The notes beneath the pieces are model-generated. The model did no database searches. It was not told where the DNA came from and worked only from the letters and a program-made list of their open reading frames with translations. A program made the position numbers and the translations under genes. From NCBI GenBank assembly GCA_951406725.2, contig OX597828.1, positions 60,574,001-60,638,000 on the forward strand: a stretch of DNA of 64,000 bases, in the 5' to 3' direction. How positions within the stretch are numbered: the stretch's first letter is position 1; the number at the start of each line of letters is the position of its first letter. Source of the DNA: Octopus vulgaris (taxonomy: Eukaryota). This document shows positions 54,311-64,000 of this stretch, piece by piece.

Positions 54311-54376
<66 letters not shown>

Positions 54377-54377
<1 letters not shown>

Positions 54378-55380
54378 TTCTTCTTTCAAATTTGCTTCCA
54401 TTTCTTGCCGAGTGTCTTCCCGACTCCTAGGGCAAAGAAACTCATAGTATACATTGGTAGGCCATTAAACCAAACTCAATAGTTCGTTCATTTTTAATTT
54501 TTTTAATTTTTTAAGTTAAATTAAAATACATGAGCAGCAACAGTTCTCACATCGACAATGCTCTTCTCAATACGTGTGATGTACCAGTTAAGACAATCTT
54601 TTGCACTTCTTGCAGGGATGGTAAGCCAGGGATCATTCTCATATAATTTTCAGTTCCTTTCTTGTTCATTCCTAGTGCTCCTACGATCACTGGTATTGTA
54701 ACCGCCTTGAGATACCACATTTCTCAATTTCAATGAGTAGGTCTTTATATTTTCTGAGCTTGTTAAACTCTTTCGCTGAGATATTATGATCACAGGGGAT
54801 GCTCATGTCGATCAATAAGCAAACTTTATTGTTTTGGTCTTTCACAACAATATCTGGTTTATTGGCCTTGATGGTTCGGTCTGTATGTACTGGAAAGTCC
54901 CACAGAATGGTTACATTTTCTCCTTCAGTTACAGCCTCAGGGTGGTGATTATACCACTTGTCGGCAGTTTTGATATTGTAATGCTGATAGATATTGGCCA
55001 ACTCTGTCATGTCTTAATTTATACTCCACTGGTGCTAAGACTTTACATCCAAAGATTAGGTGGTCCACTGTTTCAATCATGTCGTTGCAGAATCGGCATT
55101 TTGGGTCTGCTCCATTTTTCATCACATTGGCCTGGTAGTTCCGGGTTAATAGGCTTTGATCTTGAGCAGCCAGGATGAAACCATCGCTCTCTGCTTTTAG
55201 CCCTGAGCTCCGTAGCCACTGATGGGTTTGCTTCTGGTCAACATCAGCTTGTTTGCTGCGGGCCACATATTTGCCGTGCAGAGGTTTCTCCTCCCACCTA
55301 TCAGCCAATTGCTCGTGCGCTTTTTTCGTTGCCATTATTTTTACCTTCTTTGGAACAATAGTTGCCGTACTTCCCGTACT
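54377..55380 (-). mobile_element. R4/Dong-like LINE 3' part bounded by (TAA)n on both sides
   Basis: CRFCNDMIETVDHLIFGC, RHD and LWDFPVHTDRTIKANKPDIVV. Confidence 0.85.
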
Positions 55381-55400
55381 TATTATTATTATTATTATTA

Positions 55401-58635
<3,235 letters not shown>

Positions 58636-58644
58636 TACTACTAC

Positions 58645-58720
<76 letters not shown>

Positions 58721-58723
<3 letters not shown>

Positions 58724-59277
58724 TAGTTTTATTTTTATAGCGTGCTTTCACTTCACTACCGAGCGCAGCTCTGTGTGCCTTGGGTATGTGCTGTGATTTG
58801 TTGTGATGTTCTGATGGTTACTGTACTGAAAGTGTTCTGCGTAGGATGTGTGCACTGCCCAGTAGTGCTATTTTCTGTATGTTATATGTGTTTGTAAGTC
58901 CTGGTATTTTTGTTATGTATTTGTCTGAATATTTTTTTATCATGCCTAATGCGCCTACTATGATAGGAATTGTTTCTGTTTTTAGATTCCACATTCTGGT
59001 TACCTCTATTTCCAGGTCTTTGTATTTTGAAAGTTTCTCCATTTCTTTTAGAGACACGTCGTCATCTGCTGGTATTGATACATCAATTAGAAAGCATTTT
59101 CTTTCTTCATGATCTCTGACAACTATATCTGGTCTGTTGGCCTTAATTTCTCTATCTGTGTGTATTGGCATATCCCAGAGTATGGTTGCTTTCTCGTTTT
59201 CTGTGACCTTTTCTGGTGTGTGCCTATACCATCTTTTTTCTGTTGTTATTCCATAATGTTGGCATAGCTTCCAGTGT
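58721..59277 (-). mobile_element. R4/Dong-like LINE 3' end, near-identical to 55517-56058
   Basis: Same RLE region and 3' UTR; flanked by (TAA)n. Confidence 0.9.
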
Positions 59278-59297
59278 ATTATTATTATTATTATTAT

Positions 59298-59831
59298 TGA
59301 GTGAGCGAGCAGAGCATGCCATCGAAGTGACACTGGGGTAAAATATACGAAGCCCAGTATACCCATCATGACTACCCGTCTGATAAGGGTACACCAGGCA
59401 CATGCATCACAACCATATGTGCGCGACATGGTGATCTCATATCAAGATAAACAGCACATGACCTTGCAGGTGGAGCCCAGTTAGAATTTTCTTCAGATCG
59501 AGTAACCCATCCCGCTCAAAAGGTCCCTGAATAAGGCTTGTTTAAGGATGTTGAACGAAACACCCATGTTTCCAGAGGTGAATTATTCAAACCCCAAAGA
59601 ATCCTTCTCAACACATGGCTATGATGCTTCCCCACTACTTCTGCTCGTGATCAGAGATGCACATATCGTCAGCCACTAAGGGACATGCTCAACTGGTTAA
59701 GGTCAAACAACTGACAAGCAAATCTGTGGTATTGAGCAGAATATTTGCTGTAGCCCATCTTTTATACCAAGACAAAACAATGTACATGATAACACTTCCA
59801 ATCAGTTAAGATCAGAAGCCATGAGAGCCAC

Positions 59832-59832
<1 letters not shown>
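59298..59832 (-). mobile_element. Non-coding repeat associated with Dong-like LINEs (partial copies at ~47605-47850 and ~53885-54150); strand inferred from neighbours
   Basis: Shared blocks TACCCATCATGACTAC, GAATTATTCAAACCCCAAAGAAT and CCAATCAGTTAAGATCA; flanked by (TAA)n. Confidence 0.65.
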
Positions 59833-59921
<89 letters not shown>

Positions 59922-59926
59922 TTTAT

Positions 59927-60135
59927 AAGGCGTTAGGTTGGCAGAATCATTAGCATGTCGGGCAAAGTGCTTAGCGGCATTTCGACTCTCTTTACATTCT
60001 GAGTTTAAATTCTGTCGTGGTTTTTGCCTTTTATCCTTTTGGGGTCGATAAAATAAGTAACAGTTGAACACTGGGGTCAACGTGATCGACTAGTTCTCTG
60101 CCGCCAAAATTCAGGCCTTGTGCCTTTAGAAGTAA
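59927..60135 (+). mobile_element. tRNA-derived SINE with Nin/Deu-like domain
   Basis: Homologous to the 16078 and 61654 copies. Confidence 0.75.
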
Positions 60136-60149
60136 TGGATTATTATTAT

Positions 60150-62800
60150 TATTGTTTTACTTCTCAGAGCGCTCGAGTTTGCTTGCTCTGGTAGATTCTG
60201 TGAGGGTGGATTGTAGCCTGCTGAGGGGTCTCACAGGGTCTCTTTCCACACATTATAAGCTTTAGTACTTGGTTGTTAATTAGAATGGGAGACATGTACC
60301 AATCTCAAAATCCTAGCTTTTCCCAGCAGCGCAGTTTTTGGGGCTTGCTCTGCTCTCATGCCAATTCCAATTTCTCTGACATACTTCTTAAACATATTTG
60401 TTAGTGTTCGAGTGCCCTTACAGCTACTGGAATGACAGAAATTCTCCCCATAATCCACATTCTTACAGTTTCGTCTTTTAGTAGTCCGTACTTTTTATTC
60501 TTTTCTAGTTCTTTGTCATTTATGCGTGCATCTCCAGGTGTTGCTATATCTATAATCTTGGTTTCATTTTTTTTCTCTACCACAAGAATATTTGGTCTCT
60601 GAGCCTCGATTAGGGAGTCACATTGTATTATAAAATCCCACAGTATCTTATATCCCTTGTTCTCAGTGACTCCTGGTTCATGTTCGTATAATTTCCGTGC
60701 TCTGTCCAGGTCATACTTTTGACATAGCCCCCATGGACGAACTTAGCCCCGTTATCGTGCTTCTTTCTGTAGTGCTTTTGGGCCAGCTTATTACACTTAC
60801 AATATGTGAGATTGTTTCGTTTCTGCTCCCACACATCCTACAAAGGGACGATTTGCGACCCCTATCTGTTTGGAACTTAGTGTAATTAGTTCTCAGAGTT
60901 TGGTCCTGAGCACTGCGTACCAATGCCTCGGCGCATCCTTTCAGGTCACTTTTTCTTAGCCAGCTCCACGAGTTGATCTTGTCTTTTCCTTCGATTTCTC
61001 ATGCCCAGATATTGCCCATGCAATTTCCCAATTTCATTTTCCAATTGCTTACTCTTTCCTCTTCATCTTGTTTCTTAAATGTTTGTGGATGCATCACATT
61101 TTCAGTAGGGATTGTATTGTTGCTTCTGACAGCGGTAAGTAAGGACTCACTCTGTTGCTTGATGTACCATCCCAGACTGTTCTTCTCGTTGGCTATACAG
61201 ATCTTGCATCCTATGAGGCCTCTTCCACCCCTGTTCCTAGGCACATACAGTCTGTCAATATCGCTTTTGGAGTGTAGTTCCTTGTTAATTGTCATTGCTT
61301 TTCTGGTTTTCCTATCCATTTCCTCAAGCCCGTTCTTTGTTCACTTAACTACCCCTGCAAACAGCCCATGTGTTCATTGCCCTGATCTTGTTTTTTCCAT
61401 TGAGCCTACTTTTCATAATTAATTTGGTTCTTCTGAGATATTCTTTCTCTGATGTCACTGAGATATTCTTTCCCTGATGTTACTTTCCATAGTCTCTGTG
61501 TGAGGGGTATCCTATAAATCACAAACAGCAATGATGATAGGCTATCTCCTTGATATATGCCTCTCATGAAGTTAACCCACGCCAAAAATTTTCCACATGA
61601 ACTTAGCTGTGTGTTCTAGTTTTTCATTAACCTCGTAATAAAATTTAATATGTAAGGTGGCGAACTGGCAGAAACGTTAGCACGCCGGGCGGAATGCTTA
61701 GCGGTATTTCGTCTGTCTTTACGTTCTGAGTTCAAATTCTGCCGAGATCGACTTTGCTTTTCAGCGTTTCGGGGTCGATAAATTAAGTACCAGTTGCGTA
61801 CTGGGGTCGATGTAATCGACTGGCTCTCTCCCCAAAAATTTCGGGCCTTGTGCCTAGAGTAGAAAAGAATAAAATTTGATATGTTATCAGACACCTGTAC
61901 CAGCTGAAGACTTTCTAAAATCCAGGATTGGGGTATCATGTTATACGCTTTCTTATAATCGACCCACGACATGCCCAGATTAGTAAGTCTTTTCTTGCAG
62001 TCTTTCAGTACCGTTATGTCTATCAGAAGTTGGTCTTTTGCCCCTCAGCTTTTCCTTCTGCATCCTTTCTGTTTCAATGGCAGTTTGTCATTCATTTCCA
62101 AGAAGTTATACACATAATTAGATATTATTCCTGTCATCAGCTTCTACATTTGGGACAGACAGGTTATAGGCCAGTAATTATCCACTGCACTGACTTTACT
62201 GGAATCCTTTTGGCGGAGAATTGTTTTACTGTGGTCAGCCCCGTTGTTCATCATTTTATCCATTTGCGTGGCTATTATTCTGTGTAGTGTTGGGAAATGT
62301 TCAGCCAATATCCTTGTACCACATCCGGGCCTGGAAATTCCACTTTGATAACTTTGTTGCCTGTTCGGTTACCATTTCAGTCGTTATTCTAATATTGCTC
62401 TGTTTCACTTCATATTTTTCCGATCTTAATTCCTTCAACCATGGAGCTTCTTTATTATGCTTTCTTCCATTATCCCAGATGTTACTCCAAAACCTTTTAC
62501 TTTCTTCAGCTTCTGGTCTCTCACTGATGTTAACCTTTCCATTCAGCTGTTGATAAACCCTTTTCTGGTCTTGCTGGAACAATCTGTTGATTTTATATTG
62601 TTCAATTCTTTGGTCATATCACTTAATCTTTGTAGCTTTAGCTTGCAGTCATTGTTTCAGCTCTTCAATAACTCCATTTAGCCCCTTTTCCTTTATTCTA
62701 TATCTATGTTCTAGTTCCTGATGTCGATATGTTTTCATAGTTCATTCATTGATAGTTTTATTCTTTTTCACCAAGGTTCTTTTTCCTTTATTCCAACATT
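60150..62800 (-). mobile_element. Decayed R4/Dong-like LINE (another family), internally deleted and interrupted by a SINE
   Basis: FQQDQKRVY, WVDYKKAY, DIDRLYVPRNRGGRGL, CRMCGSRNETISHIVS and IIDIATPGD. Confidence 0.8.
61654..61867 (+). mobile_element. Full-length Nin/Deu-like tRNA SINE with target-site duplication
   Basis: 17-bp TSD AATAAAATTT(A/G)ATATGT at 61637-61653 and 61868-61884. Confidence 0.85.
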
Positions 62801-62884
62801 TACAGTTTGGTTCAAGGCCTACTTTATTTCCTATATATTTCCTATATAAATGATGCAGGTTTTAATTAATCTGTTCCTTCCTGT

Positions 62885-63340
62885 TATACCTTGTTCATGG
62901 CTAGTGTTTGTAGGATCCATGTGTGGGGAATACTATCAAAAGCCTTTCGGTAATCGATCCAGGCTATACTTAGACTTTTCTTCTTTCTTCGGCTGTCTTC
63001 AGTTATTGCTTTATTGATCAATAGCTGATCTTTACAGCCGTATGAGCCCTTGCAGCATCCCTTCTGCTCTTCTGGAAACAAGCTGTTTTCTTCCAGGTGT
63101 TTGCTCATTCTCTGCGATATAATTGCAGTGAAGGCTTTGTAAATTGTAGGGAGACAAGTTATCGGACTGTAATTTTGTGGGTGTGTCGTTTCAGTTGATT
63201 TGTGAATTAGAATAGTTTTCCCCTCCGTGAGCCATTCAGGCATTATCTCTGGCTCTACTAGTATTTCCTTAAATTTCTCAGCCAGCATTTTATTTGTTCC
63301 TGTTAGGTATTTTAACCAGAAATTGGAGATCTTGTTATCA
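62885..63340 (-). mobile_element. R4/Dong-like RT fragment
   Basis: PEEQKGCCKGSYGCKDQL and WIDYRKAFDS; related to 57490-57935. Confidence 0.85.
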
Positions 63341-64000
63341 TGGATAATTTTCCAGATGTCCTCGGCCTGGAAGTGCTACCGAGGGAGTGGGGGTGGGGAT
63401 TCCGGTTCGAAATAAACTCTAAGGGCACGGATGTGCTGTCAGACGGACTTATTCGAGGTGTGCGCAGAGTGACGAAACCGTTCTGCACGTCCTCGTTCAG
63501 TGTCCAGCCATTACTGACTTGTAGGGTTATGTTGAATAGCTGCTGTCACGTGAGGGATCGATCCGTCTGTCAGCCGACTCTGTAGATCTGATCGCACCGC
63601 CACCCTTCTTCAGTCGGGCAGGCAAGGCAGTTTTTCTTTGCTTGGTGACTGTGTAGAAAGATATTGTTTGGTGGACAAGGCTGATAGACATGAGGACAGA
63701 TACATTCCCCTTTGGTAGAGCTCTCATTGACTTTTTCAGGTTTCGCTTCAAAAGGAAATTAAGAGTGGAGAGGGAAGTGCTGTCCTCGAGTGAGTTTATT
63801 GAAAGGTGGGTGAAAGTTACGAAAATGGCAAGAGTGGATGGGTACATCTCCAAGTGTAGACCTGTGAGTAGGAGAGAAGGAATTGGAGAGAGCACTTGTT
63901 CCTAGGGTTTCAGAGAAACCTCAGACACTGGGGTTCCTCGATTATCCCCAGAGGCCTTCCTCTATCAGGCGGGCCACATCTCTATCATCCTCTCCGCCAT
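63341..64000 (+). mobile_element. L1/Tx1-like LINE 3' end (zf-RVT region and 3' UTR)
   Basis: AWKCYR, CAQSDETVLHVLVQCP and FFRFRFKRKLRVEREVLS. Confidence 0.7.

Noticed and set aside
59600-59832. HDV-like ribozyme in the Dong-associated repeat
   Set aside because: A P1-like helix (GTCAGTT/GGCTGAC) exists, but P1.1, P2 and the catalytic C junction could not be placed.

Overview
AT-rich, repeat-saturated animal genomic DNA, most likely from an octopus or related cephalopod (inferred from the SINE types, Dong/R4-like and Penelope-like retroelements and the very high microsatellite load). Most ORFs in the track are microsatellite read-throughs or decayed transposon fragments. Recognisable elements are CR1/L2-type, RTE, L1/Tx1 and R4/Dong-like LINEs, a truncated Gypsy-type LTR element, Penelope-like elements (PLEs), three mariner copies, Helitron pieces and several tRNA-derived SINE families. 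One probable host coding exon is missed by the ORF track: 35808/35871-35941 (+), a signal peptide ending ...ICANW-AT|gtgagt that resembles Wnt16 exon 1, which would make the last 28 kb intronic. The most unusual signal is about 10 full-length or near-full-length type I hammerhead ribozyme motifs, plus several half motifs, in the first 33 kb. They belong to several sequence families and mostly have minimal palindromic stem III. Two pairs sit on opposite strands inside 400-560 bp palindromes, one sits behind a tRNA-like Pol III head, and one marks an RT-less PLE with identical 98-nt inverted termini. Other oddities are a minisatellite built from a mariner TIR, an old ~340-bp tandem array and a same-orientation stack of Dong-like LINEs separated by (TAA)n tracts. 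All calls were made by eye with no database searches or folding runs, so boundaries of decayed elements are approximate.
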